Below, in pieces: positions 19,464-28,668 of a stretch of 44,187 nucleotides of DNA. Source of the stretch: a bacterium. Lineage in GTDB: Bacteria; Bacillota_I; Bacilli_A; RFN20; CAG-826. The stretch lies in NCBI GenBank assembly GCA_029098125.1, contig JAQXNS010000135.1:1-44187 (forward strand), read 5' to 3'. The translations under genes were made by a program, and so were the position numbers. A model generated the notes under the pieces. That model was given only the letters and a program-made list of their open reading frames with translations. It made no database searches and was not told the origin of the DNA. Numbering within the stretch: the first letter of the stretch is position 1; every line of letters starts with the position of its first letter.

Positions 19464-20852
19464 ATGCCTGAATTGCCAGAAGTTGAAACTGTAATTAATA
19501 CGATACGACCACATATCATAAATAAAGAAATCGAAAAAATTGAAGTATATTACGATAGACTAATCCAATCAAATTTGGATGAATTCAAGACCAAATTAAT
19601 CAATCAAAAATTCATCAATGTAACTCGTTATGGAAAGTTTATTTTTCTTCATTTAACAAATGATTTTGTAATCATTACGCACCTTAGAATGGAAGGGAAA
19701 TTTCGTTTTGAAAATTCTCATAATTTAAGAAAAAAGCACACTTCTGCAGGGTTTTTCTTTAAAGATGGCACTTCTTTAGCCTTTGATGACACTAGAAAAT
19801 TTGGATTAATGTATCTTAGCGATGAAGCAAATTTTAAAGAAACAAAGATGATTAAAAAGTTAGGAATTGAAGCTAATAAAATTAGTGAAAATGACTATGA
19901 ATTTTTGATCAAAAAATTCAAAAAAAATAAATGCATAAAAGAATTATTATTAGATCAATCTATCCTTGCTGGAATTGGAAATATTTACGCTGATGAAATT
20001 TTATTTTCAACAAAAATTAATCCTTTTAGAAAAGGAAATGATATTAGCGATGAAAAATATCATGAAATTTTTCAAGCATCAAACCAAATACTTAATAAAG
20101 CAATTACATTAGGTGGATCAACAATCCACTCCTTCCATCCAAGCGAAGGGGTTGATGGAAAATTCCAAGAAACTTTACTTTGTTATGGAAAAAGTGGAAC
20201 ACCATGTCCAAATTGTAATACAACTTTACACAAAGATTTTATTGGAGGACGAGGCACAACTTTTTGTCCAAATTGTCAAATTGATAAATCTTTAGAAAAA
20301 GGAATTGCAATAACTGGTCCTATAGGAAGTGGAAAATCAACAATCTTAAATTATTTTAAAGAAAAAGGGTTTATCACATATAGTTGCGATGAGATGGTTC
20401 ATAAATTATATGAAAAACCAGAAATTTCAAGAAAAATCTCACAAATTTTAAACGCACCTTTTGATATAAACAATAAAAAAACTACAAGACTTGCAAGAAA
20501 AATTATGATTGATAATCCTGAAATCAAAAAGAAAATCGAATCATATATTTATCCAATTCTTGAAAAAGAAATGGTATTAATTATTAAAAACAACGAAAAG
20601 CCAGTTTTTGAAGTCCCAACTTTATTTAAAGCACATCTAGAATATTTATTTAAAACTATTATCGTTATTGAGATTTCAAAAGAACAACAAATTAAAAATT
20701 TAGAAAATAGAAACGATGACATCAACTCATCGATTAATCTAAATAAAGATTACGAAATCAAAAAATACCAAGATAAAATAAAAATTGTTAAAGCTGATGG
20801 TAACTTTAACAATTTATATGCTCAAATTGATGAAATTATTAAATCAATATAG
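19464..20852 (+). CDS. mutM-coaE: Fused formamidopyrimidine-DNA glycosylase (MutM/Fpg) and dephospho-CoA kinase (CoaE)
   Basis: MPELPEVET, HLRMEG, GIGNIYADE, CPNC..CPNC zinc finger, then in-frame ITGPIGSGKST CoaE-type P-loop and EVPTLF. Confidence 0.88.
   Translation: MPELPEVETVINTIRPHIINKEIEKIEVYYDRLIQSNLDEFKTKLINQKFINVTRYGKFIFLHLTNDFVIITHLRMEGKFRFENSHNLRKKHTSAGFFFKDGTSLAFDDTRKFGLMYLSDEANFKETKMIKKLGIEANKISENDYEFLIKKFKKNKCIKELLLDQSILAGIGNIYADEILFSTKINPFRKGNDISDEKYHEIFQASNQILNKAITLGGSTIHSFHPSEGVDGKFQETLLCYGKSGTPCPNCNTTLHKDFIGGRGTTFCPNCQIDKSLEKGIAITGPIGSGKSTILNYFKEKGFITYSCDEMVHKLYEKPEISRKISQILNAPFDINNKKTTRLARKIMIDNPEIKKKIESYIYPILEKEMVLIIKNNEKPVFEVPTLFKAHLEYLFKTIIVIEISKEQQIKNLENRNDDINSSINLNKDYEIKKYQDKIKIVKADGNFNNLYAQIDEIIKSI
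19742..19756 (-). repeat. Dispersed 15-bp motif, copy 3 (inside mutM)
   Basis: TTCTGCAGGGTTTTT on the + strand, read as T-S-A-G-F-F. Confidence 0.93.
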
Positions 20853-21722
20853 GCTAACTTTATTGATTGGAATAGTTTTTTCGATTTTTGAATCTAAAAT
20901 AGCACGTAATTGATTTGCCATAATGTCATTTCCACTACGTGAAAAACTATATAATTGTTGAATTTCTTTTAATGAAAAGTCGCTTGTAAAAATAGTGATT
21001 TTATTTTGTTTTGCTCTATTTTTTAAGATTGGAATTATGATATTATCACGAATTAATTCGTTTTTATATTCACTTCCAAAATCATCAAAAACTACTACTG
21101 ACATATTTGAATACGCTTCAAGAGTTTCACTAAATTCACTTTTGTTCTTAAAATATAAATCGTTTAACTCTTTAATTCTTACAGGAGTATTTAAAAAAGC
21201 AATTGGTGCATATTTCTCATTTGCAAAACTATGATTTACAATCGCAATTGCAGCATAAGTTCTTCCACTTCTTAAAGGTCCGTTAATAAAAACCCATTTT
21301 CCTTCTTTGATATAAGTGTAAATTACCTTCAAAGCAGTTTGATTAATTTCTTTTATTGAGACTTTTGATAATTCTTCATCAAAATCTCTTTCTAAAAACG
21401 AAGATAAATATTCACAATGTTTTAAATATGGTTCAAGTGGGACATAGTCTCTTTCAATAATTTTTCCGTTCCTAACTAAAATTAATCTTTGAGTCATATT
21501 TGCTTTTAAGCAATCTTCGTAAGTACGAATTTTTCTAGCTTTTTTAATATCGCTCAAATATTCAGAAAATTTCATGACATTATCAAAAATTTCCTGATTT
21601 GTATATCCTTCTTCAACTAAAATATGAAAATCATCATCATTTAATATCTTTGCATATAATTCCTTTTGATATTCTTTTAAAGAATCGTTAGAAATATGTA
21701 AATTAGCATTAAGTTTTTCCAT
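20844..21722 (-). CDS. dnaI: Primosomal helicase loader DnaI-like ATPase
   Basis: Degenerate Walker A GPLRSGRT, VVFDDFGSE, RD.I..PIL..R, TIFTS; downstream of a dnaB-like gene. Confidence 0.75.
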   Translation of the reverse strand: MEKLNANLHISNDSLKEYQKELYAKILNDDDFHILVEEGYTNQEIFDNVMKFSEYLSDIKKARKIRTYEDCLKANMTQRLILVRNGKIIERDYVPLEPYLKHCEYLSSFLERDFDEELSKVSIKEINQTALKVIYTYIKEGKWVFINGPLRSGRTYAAIAIVNHSFANEKYAPIAFLNTPVRIKELNDLYFKNKSEFSETLEAYSNMSVVVFDDFGSEYKNELIRDNIIIPILKNRAKQNKITIFTSDFSLKEIQQLYSFSRSGNDIMANQLRAILDSKIEKTIPINKVSLY

Positions 21723-21726
21723 AATC

Positions 21727-22959
21727 CTAATCTCCTAAATCAAAATCAACTTCACTATTTTCAAATTTTGAAAAATCTACTTCTTCTTCATCAAAAGAAT
21801 CATCATTTTTAATTTGATCTTCTTCATTTTTTGCTTTAATTGTTGCCTTGGATTCATCATAAAGCACATTTATAACGTCAAGAGTTGATTTGCATTTTTT
21901 TCTAATTAATGTTGATGCAAGCTTTAAAATATAGTTTTTAGATAGCTCACCATCTTTTTTAGTTAAAACAAAATCAATTAAAGCATTGATCATTCCACTT
22001 GAAAAATTAAATTCAAAAGCAAGTCTTTCAAGCAAATTCTTATCAGCATCAACTACATCAATTCCATTTTGTTTTTCTTTTAAAAATAGTCTTGGCGCTG
22101 TTTCTTCATATTTACGAATTTTTGTTGCCCATTCGCTATTTCCATTAACATTTGATTTCTTTAAAACTTTAATTTCATTAGGTGTAAAGCTTTTAACCAC
22201 TGCTTTTGCCTTTCTTTTTACTTCATTTTCATCAAATTTTCTGCCTTTTGGACCAAATGGGTTGTAACATTCACTTAAAATCGATCCAATTACTTCTTCG
22301 CTTAATCCATAAAGGGTTCCAACTTTATGAGCAAATTCTATATATTTTTCATCGAATTCTTTGACATTAATTTGTGTGTTTTTCTTTAAATAGTTAAGCA
22401 ATTTGATATCAGAAAAATTGTCTTTGATATTATTTTTGCTTCTTCCAAGAAGTTTATCACCACTATTCATATCTAAAGCTTTGACATCAAAAATAACTTG
22501 GAAACTGTCTTGAATTTTTGCAGATTGATTGACATAATCTTCTTCATTAACTTTAGTTTCGTATTTACTGATAATCTCAAAAAATCTTTCTTCACCAACC
22601 GTCTCAATAAATAGTCCTTTTAAAACAAGGTTATTAAAGAAGTTTTTAGGTGTTTCTACATCGTTTAATATATATAAATAGGAAGAAGAATCATTTTTTT
22701 CATAAAAAGAAAGAAGTCCGATTGATTCAAGTGTCTTTTTAGCAAATAAAAAGTCCTGAAGTGACATTTCACATTTATTGATTAATTCATTAGTTGTTGA
22801 AAAAATGCGATTTGTTTTAATTGAATTCATTAAAAACATATACAAAAAAGCACTGTCTTTACCAATGAGTGGCAAATATAGATCAAATAAATAATTTAAT
22901 GAGCCCTCTTCTAAAAGGCCTCTTTTTGTTATTTCAATTTTCAAATCAACATTAATCAT
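21727..22959 (-). CDS. dnaB: Firmicutes replication initiation/membrane attachment protein DnaB (DnaB/DnaD family)
   Basis: LYLPLIG...LY, LESIGLL, P..FF...L, IN.LI.FVL....L..NYI..LA patterns; paired with dnaI. Confidence 0.8.
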   Translation of the reverse strand: MINVDLKIEITKRGLLEEGSLNYLFDLYLPLIGKDSAFLYMFLMNSIKTNRIFSTTNELINKCEMSLQDFLFAKKTLESIGLLSFYEKNDSSSYLYILNDVETPKNFFNNLVLKGLFIETVGEERFFEIISKYETKVNEEDYVNQSAKIQDSFQVIFDVKALDMNSGDKLLGRSKNNIKDNFSDIKLLNYLKKNTQINVKEFDEKYIEFAHKVGTLYGLSEEVIGSILSECYNPFGPKGRKFDENEVKRKAKAVVKSFTPNEIKVLKKSNVNGNSEWATKIRKYEETAPRLFLKEKQNGIDVVDADKNLLERLAFEFNFSSGMINALIDFVLTKKDGELSKNYILKLASTLIRKKCKSTLDVINVLYDESKATIKAKNEEDQIKNDDSFDEEEVDFSKFENSEVDFDLGD

Positions 22960-23152
22960 CTTAATGATTATAAACTACTTAAAATTAATTTTTAAGTTTA
23001 ACTTTAATTTCAACAACAATTAATTCGTCGACTTTTGTGTTCTAGTACCAAATATAGAAAGCAAAAATTTTGAATTTTTTAATCATATAAAATATCAAAT
23101 AATCAATATTAAATATGTATCAATCTTTTCAATTTAAACAAAAATAGTTGAG

Positions 23153-23167
23153 TTCTGCAGGGTTTTT
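23153..23167 (-). repeat. Dispersed 15-bp motif, copy 4 (dnaB/pfkA intergenic)
   Basis: Exact match; 34-bp identity with copy 1 and 27-bp identity (23152-23178) with copy 5. Confidence 0.95.
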
Positions 23168-23300
23168 GAGAAATTTTTTGAATTTTTGTACCTTTCACCG
23201 CCCCATTTTTTAAACAATTTTTTATGTAAATTAATCAAAAAATATAGCAACTGTTAATATTATAATTTATAATATTAAGCGTTTAGGAGGCAATTTTGCT

Positions 23301-24260
23301 ATGGTTAAAAAAATTGGTATTCTCACAAGCGGCGGAGACTCACAAGGAATGAACGCAACTTTATTAGGTGCTATTAGAACAGGATGCCGTTTAGGAAAAG
23401 AAATGTATGTTGTCTATGATGGCTATAAAGGATTAATCGACAATAACTTTGTAAAAGTTGGTCCTGATTTTATGGATCAAACTTACAATAAAGGTGGAAC
23501 AGTTATCAAAACTAAACGTCTTCCAGAATTTAAAGAAGAAAGAGTTAGAAAAATCGCAGTTGAAAATTTAAAGAAAGAAGGAATCGAAGCTTTAATTGTT
23601 ATTGGCGGCGATGGCTCTTACATGGGTGCTAAAAAATTAACTGAAATGGGCATCAACTGTGTTGGTTTACCAGGAACTATTGATAACGATATTTCAAGTA
23701 GCGATTTTACAATCGGTTTTGACACTGCTTTAAATAATGTTGTCACTGCAATTGATCAAATCAAAGAAACAATGAGTTCTCATAATAGATGTTGCTTAAT
23801 TGAAGTTATGGGAAACAAATGTCCAGATTTAACACTTTTTGCTGGCATCGCATGTAAAGCTGATTATATCGTTACTGCAGATAGACCACTTGAAGAAAAA
23901 GAACTTATTGAAAGTTTGAAAAAAGATAAAGAAGAAGGTAAAGATTGTGAAATCGTTTTAATTTCAGAAAAATTATACGATTTAAATGAATTAACAAAGC
24001 ATATTAAAGAACAAACTGGTTGGGATACAAGAAACGATGTTTTAGGTTACATCCAAAGAGGTGGCGCTCCAACTGCTATGGAAAGATTCAACTCAATTAG
24101 AATGGGTAGCTATGCAGTCGAACTACTTGATCAAGGTATCGGTGGCGTTTGCGTTGGACTTGTTAACAACGAATTAAAATATTTTGATATTCTAGAAGCA
24201 CTAGATTTCCCAAGAAATAAACACTTAGATTTATACAAAACTTACGATTTAATCAAGTAA
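23301..24260 (+). CDS. pfkA: ATP-dependent 6-phosphofructokinase
   Basis: TSGGD, IGGDGSY, PGTIDND, EVMG, LGYIQRGG. Confidence 0.95.
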   Translation: MVKKIGILTSGGDSQGMNATLLGAIRTGCRLGKEMYVVYDGYKGLIDNNFVKVGPDFMDQTYNKGGTVIKTKRLPEFKEERVRKIAVENLKKEGIEALIVIGGDGSYMGAKKLTEMGINCVGLPGTIDNDISSSDFTIGFDTALNNVVTAIDQIKETMSSHNRCCLIEVMGNKCPDLTLFAGIACKADYIVTADRPLEEKELIESLKKDKEEGKDCEIVLISEKLYDLNELTKHIKEQTGWDTRNDVLGYIQRGGAPTAMERFNSIRMGSYAVELLDQGIGGVCVGLVNNELKYFDILEALDFPRNKHLDLYKTYDLIK

Positions 24261-24270
24261 GAGGTTTAAT

Positions 24271-25734
24271 ATGGAACACGTCAATATGTTTAAAAACACA
24301 AAAATTGTTTGCACTATCGGCCCTGCTAGTGAGGACATGAAAACTCTTAAAAAACTCATCGAAAATGGTATGAATGTTTTAAGAATGAACTTCTCTCATG
24401 GCGATTATGATGAACAATTAAAAAAGTTAGAAAGATGTAGATTGCTTGAAGAAGAGGGTATTTACATTCCTGCAATGCTAGATACAAAAGGTCCTGAAAT
24501 TCGTACAAATGACATGGAAAATGGCAAAATTTCCATTAAAAAAGGTCAAATTACTAGAATTTCGATGAAAAAGGTCCTTGGAACACCTGAAAAAATCAGT
24601 GTAACTTTCGACAAACTTTTTGATGATGTTTCAATAGGAAACCATATCAAAATCGATGATGGAAAATTAAATTATCTCGTTATTGGCAAAGATGAAGCTA
24701 AAAGAGAAATTATCTGTGAAGCACAAAATGATCATGATATTTCTTCAAAAAAAGGTGTCAATTGCTCCGGAGCAAAATTAAATTCATTAGATTTTATTAG
24801 TGAAAAAGATTTAAGTGACTTAATTTGGGGTTGCGAAAACGGTGTTGATTTTATCAGTGCTTCTTTTGTTAGATGTGCTCGTGATGTTCAAGATATTAGA
24901 AATGTTTTAATCACACACGGACATCCAGAAATTAAAATCATCGCTAAAATTGAAAACTATGAAGCAATCGGAAGATTAGAAGAAATCGTTGATGCAAGCG
25001 ATGCCATTATGGTTGCTCGTGGCGATCTTGGACTTGAAATTCCTGAAGAAGAAGTTCCAATCATTCAAAAGAAACTTATTGATATGTGTAGAGCAAAAGG
25101 AAAACCAGTAATCACCGCTACTCAAATGCTTGATTCAATGGTTTATTCTCCAATTCCAACTAGAGCTGAAGTTAGTGACGTTGCAACTGCTATTACTGAA
25201 TCAACTGATTGCGTCATGTTAAGTGGGGAAAGCGCTAGCGGTAAATATCCAGTCGAAGCAGTCCAAATGCAAGCAAAAATTGCTCACACTATGGAAAAAA
25301 CACTTGATTATGAAACTCTTGCTAAAGAAGCATATGATACTTCAAATAAAGATAACAACGATGCTTTAGCAAACGCAATTGCAAATACAGCAAAGTTAAT
25401 TGGCGCAAAATTAATTGTTTCATTCACATCTAGCGGAAGATCTTCAAGAAGAATTTCAAAAGCCAGACCATGTTGTCCAATTCTTTCAATTTCAAATGAA
25501 TTAACAACTGTTAGACAAAACGCAATTTATTGGGGTGTTTACAGTGTATTATTAAAATCTAAGAAAATGCCTCAATTCATTGAAGACATGGAAGTTGTTG
25601 CAATAGCTCATGCAAAACGCTTTGGACTTCAAGCTGGGGACACTATTATTATTAGTGGCGGTACTCCAACAGGAAGTGGAAGAACTAATTTCATGAGAAT
25701 TGTTACAATTCCAAAAGATAGAGATTTATTATAG
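24271..25734 (+). CDS. pyk: Pyruvate kinase
   Basis: TKIVCTIGPAS, RMNFSHG, DTKGPEIR, MVARGDLG, TATQMLDSM. Confidence 0.96.
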   Translation: MEHVNMFKNTKIVCTIGPASEDMKTLKKLIENGMNVLRMNFSHGDYDEQLKKLERCRLLEEEGIYIPAMLDTKGPEIRTNDMENGKISIKKGQITRISMKKVLGTPEKISVTFDKLFDDVSIGNHIKIDDGKLNYLVIGKDEAKREIICEAQNDHDISSKKGVNCSGAKLNSLDFISEKDLSDLIWGCENGVDFISASFVRCARDVQDIRNVLITHGHPEIKIIAKIENYEAIGRLEEIVDASDAIMVARGDLGLEIPEEEVPIIQKKLIDMCRAKGKPVITATQMLDSMVYSPIPTRAEVSDVATAITESTDCVMLSGESASGKYPVEAVQMQAKIAHTMEKTLDYETLAKEAYDTSNKDNNDALANAIANTAKLIGAKLIVSFTSSGRSSRRISKARPCCPILSISNELTTVRQNAIYWGVYSVLLKSKKMPQFIEDMEVVAIAHAKRFGLQAGDTIIISGGTPTGSGRTNFMRIVTIPKDRDLL

Positions 25735-25996
25735 TTTACAAATTTTAAAAATAGGACTAAACTAATCTTGCAACGACGAAGACATGTTGCTTTAACCTTT
25801 ATATTATTAGAGAAAGAAACATTTGGTGAAAGTTTCTAATATAAAATCTAGCAAAACTACTTCCGAGCATTTAAGGAAACTTAACGATTAAGCTATCGAC
25901 AAAGTTAGAATGAAGTGATTAAGATTTTTTTCTTAATAACTAAGGTGGTACCACGTAAATAATGCGTCCTTAGAGTTTATCTCTAAGGACTTTTTT
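25735..25996 (+). promoter_or_regulatory. Promoter and T-box riboswitch leader of thrS
   Basis: TTTACA-N17-TAAACT promoter; AGAGA and GGTGA stem I motifs; probable Thr specifier ACT at 25856-25858; T-box AAGGTGGTACCACG at 25942-25955; terminator GTCCTTAGAG-tttat-CTCTAAGGAC-T6. Confidence 0.9.
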
Positions 25997-26012
25997 ATAG
26001 GAGGAATTAACG

Positions 26013-27941
26013 ATGGAATTAAAATTACTCGATGGAAAAATTTTAAATTTAGAAGAAGGTAAAAATGGTCATGATGCAGCACTATTAATCAGCGAAGGTC
26101 TTGCTAGAAATTCACTTGCTTACAAACTTAATGGTGAACTTTTTGATCTATACACACCAATTAAAGAAAGTGGCGAGTTTGTCATTATAACTTCAAAAAG
26201 TGAAGAAGCTAAAGATATTTTAAATCACTCCGCTGCTCATTTAATGGCAGAGGCTATATCCTTATTATATAAAGGTGTGAAATTTGGTGTCGGCCCTGCA
26301 ATCGAAGAAGGTTTTTATTATGACGTTGATTTTAACGGTTATGTCTTAAAAGAAGAAGATTTAGCAAAAATCGAAGCAAAAATGAAGGAACTTTCAAAGA
26401 AAAACGAATATATCGTTAGAAAAAACGTCTCAAAAGAAGAAGCTTTAGAAATTTTTAAAAATGATGAATACAAAAAAGAATTAATTAATGAATTAGAAGG
26501 AAATATTTCTATTTACAAACAAGGTGAATATATAGATTTATGTCGTGGACCTCATGTTCCATCAACTGGTTTTATAAAATATTTCCATCTTGATAATATT
26601 GCTGGTGCATATTGGAGAGGCGATTCTAAAAATAAACAACTAACAAGAATTTATGGTGTTGCTTCATTTTCAAAAGAAGAACTTGAACATATTTTATTCA
26701 TTAGAGAAGAAGCAAAGAAAAGAGATCATAGAAAAATTGGTAAAGAACTTGGCTTATTTACAATTTCAGAGTATGGTCCAGGTTTCCCATTCTATTTACC
26801 AAATGGTTTAATGCTTAGAAGACAAATTGAAAACTGGTGGTATGATATTCATGATGAATACGGATACAAATTAATCAAGACTCCAATTATGTTATCAAAA
26901 GAGCTTTGGTTAACAAGCGGTCACTGGGACCACTACAAAGAAAATATGTACACAACAAAGATTGATGATAGAGACTTTGCAATCAAACCAATGAACTGCC
27001 CTGGATCAATTCTTGTTTACAACAATGAACTTCATTCATACAAAGATCTTCCATTAAGACTTGGTGAATTAGGTCTTGTTCATAGACACGAAGCAAGTGG
27101 AGCTTTAAATGGTTTATTCAGAGTTAGATGTTTCACTCAAGATGATGCTCATATTTTCTGTACACGTGATCAATTAAAATCTGAAATCGAAACATTATTA
27201 AAACTTTACGACAAAATTTACAGTGTTTTTGGCTTAAAATATTCTATCGTCTTATCAACAAAACCAGAATCAGACTATATTGGAGATGATGCAATCTGGG
27301 AACAAAGCGAAAAAATCTTAGCTGATGCATGTAGAGCAACAGGAAAAGATTTTAAAATTAATCCTGGTGATGGCGCTTTCTATGGTCCAAAACTTGATTT
27401 TAAACTCAAAGATTGTATGGGTAGAATTTGGCAATGTGGAACAATTCAACTCGATATGAATCTTCCAGAAAGATTTGATTGCACATATATCAACTCAAAA
27501 GGTGAAAAAGAAAGACCAATCATGCTTCATAGAGCAATTCTTGGTTCATTTGAAAGATTTATTGGTATCATCACAGAGAATTTTGCTGGTGCTTTCCCAA
27601 CATGGTGTGCTCCACTTCAAGTCAAAGTTCTTCCTGTAAACGACGAAGTTCATAGCGAATATGCAAATCAAGTCGTTAACACTTTAAGAAAACACAAAAT
27701 TAGAGTTGAACTTGATCCAGCAAGTGAAAAATTAGGGTACAGAATGAGAAATGCTCAAATCAAGAAAATCCCTTACACACTTGTTATTGGTGACAAAGAA
27801 AAAGAAAATAATGCTGTAACATATAGAAAATATGGATCAAAAGATCAAATCACAGTTTCTCTTGATGAATTCATTAAGTTAATTGAAAACGAAATTGAAA
27901 CTAAAGCATTATTAATCGATCCAGAAAAGATGGCTTTATAA
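26013..27941 (+). CDS. thrS: Threonine--tRNA ligase
   Basis: HSAAH and DLCRGPH editing motifs, RDHRKIG, KPMNCPG, FYGPKLD, HRAILGSFER. Confidence 0.97.
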   Translation: MELKLLDGKILNLEEGKNGHDAALLISEGLARNSLAYKLNGELFDLYTPIKESGEFVIITSKSEEAKDILNHSAAHLMAEAISLLYKGVKFGVGPAIEEGFYYDVDFNGYVLKEEDLAKIEAKMKELSKKNEYIVRKNVSKEEALEIFKNDEYKKELINELEGNISIYKQGEYIDLCRGPHVPSTGFIKYFHLDNIAGAYWRGDSKNKQLTRIYGVASFSKEELEHILFIREEAKKRDHRKIGKELGLFTISEYGPGFPFYLPNGLMLRRQIENWWYDIHDEYGYKLIKTPIMLSKELWLTSGHWDHYKENMYTTKIDDRDFAIKPMNCPGSILVYNNELHSYKDLPLRLGELGLVHRHEASGALNGLFRVRCFTQDDAHIFCTRDQLKSEIETLLKLYDKIYSVFGLKYSIVLSTKPESDYIGDDAIWEQSEKILADACRATGKDFKINPGDGAFYGPKLDFKLKDCMGRIWQCGTIQLDMNLPERFDCTYINSKGEKERPIMLHRAILGSFERFIGIITENFAGAFPTWCAPLQVKVLPVNDEVHSEYANQVVNTLRKHKIRVELDPASEKLGYRMRNAQIKKIPYTLVIGDKEKENNAVTYRKYGSKDQITVSLDEFIKLIENEIETKALLIDPEKMAL

Positions 27942-27944
27942 AAA

Positions 27945-28409
27945 GTGAAAACTAACGTAATGAGAATACTTGATTCAAATAATATCAAGTATTCTCAATA
28001 TGAATATGAAGCAAATCAATCATTAACTGGTGAAGAAATCGCTTCAATTTTACATGAAGATGTTAAATCAGTATTTAAAACTTTAATAACAAAAGGAAAA
28101 AGTAATGACTATTATGCCTTCATGATTCCAGTAAATAAAGAATTAGATTTAAAAAAGGCAGCAAAGACAGTTTGTGAAAAAAGTGTTGAAATGATTCCTT
28201 TTAAAGATCTATTAAAAATTACTGGTTATGTTCATGGAGGATGTTCACCACTTGGATTAAAAAAAGACTACCAAGTTTCAATTGACGAATCTGTTTTAGC
28301 TTTAGAAGAATTATATTTTTCTGGAGGTAAAGTTGGTGTTCAAGTCAAAGTTAAAGTTGATGATTTTTTAAATCTAGCACATCCAAAAATAGCAGACCTT
28401 GTAAAGTAA
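27945..28409 (+). CDS. ybaK: YbaK/EbsC family aminoacyl-tRNA deacylase
   Basis: KTNVMRILD, VFKTL, LDLKKAA, TGYVHGGCSP.G, SGGK.G. Confidence 0.9.
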   Translation: MKTNVMRILDSNNIKYSQYEYEANQSLTGEEIASILHEDVKSVFKTLITKGKSNDYYAFMIPVNKELDLKKAAKTVCEKSVEMIPFKDLLKITGYVHGGCSPLGLKKDYQVSIDESVLALEELYFSGGKVGVQVKVKVDDFLNLAHPKIADLVK

Positions 28410-28425
28410 TTTACAAGGTTTTTTT
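28396..28425 (+). terminator. Intrinsic terminator after thrS-ybaK
   Basis: ACCTTGTAAA-gtaa-TTTACAAGGT followed by a T run. Confidence 0.85.
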
Positions 28426-28439
28426 CAAAAATAATGGGG

Positions 28440-28454
28440 TTCTGCAGGGTTTTT
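28440..28454 (-). repeat. Dispersed 15-bp motif, copy 5 (convergent intergenic region)
   Basis: Exact TTCTGCAGGGTTTTT followed by GAGAAATTTTT, as in copy 4. Confidence 0.95.
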
Positions 28455-28561
28455 GAGAAATTTTTACAAAATCAAATTAAATGAATGTTATAGCGAGAAA
28501 TAAGCCCTTAAATATTTTTATTAATTAGATCAAATTTAATGCCATTGCTATTAAAAATATC

Positions 28562-28609
28562 AAAAATAAAAAATAGGGTTTATTATATCTTTATAAAAAT
28601 AAACCCTAT
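28562..28609 (-). terminator. Probable terminator of the maltodextrin ABC operon
   Basis: ATAGGGTTTATT...AATAAACCCTAT inverted repeat with an A run on the left. Confidence 0.7.
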
Positions 28610-28668
28610 ATAATCTTTAAAAAATCTCAATAGAACTCGATATATAAAATATGTAAAAAGATTCTATA

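Noticed and set aside
3276-28465. The repeated motif as a CRISPR repeat, REP hairpin or polar Chi/KOPS site
   Set aside because: Copies are kilobases apart with no spacer array or cas genes, do not form stem-loops beyond CTGCAG, and occur in both orientations.
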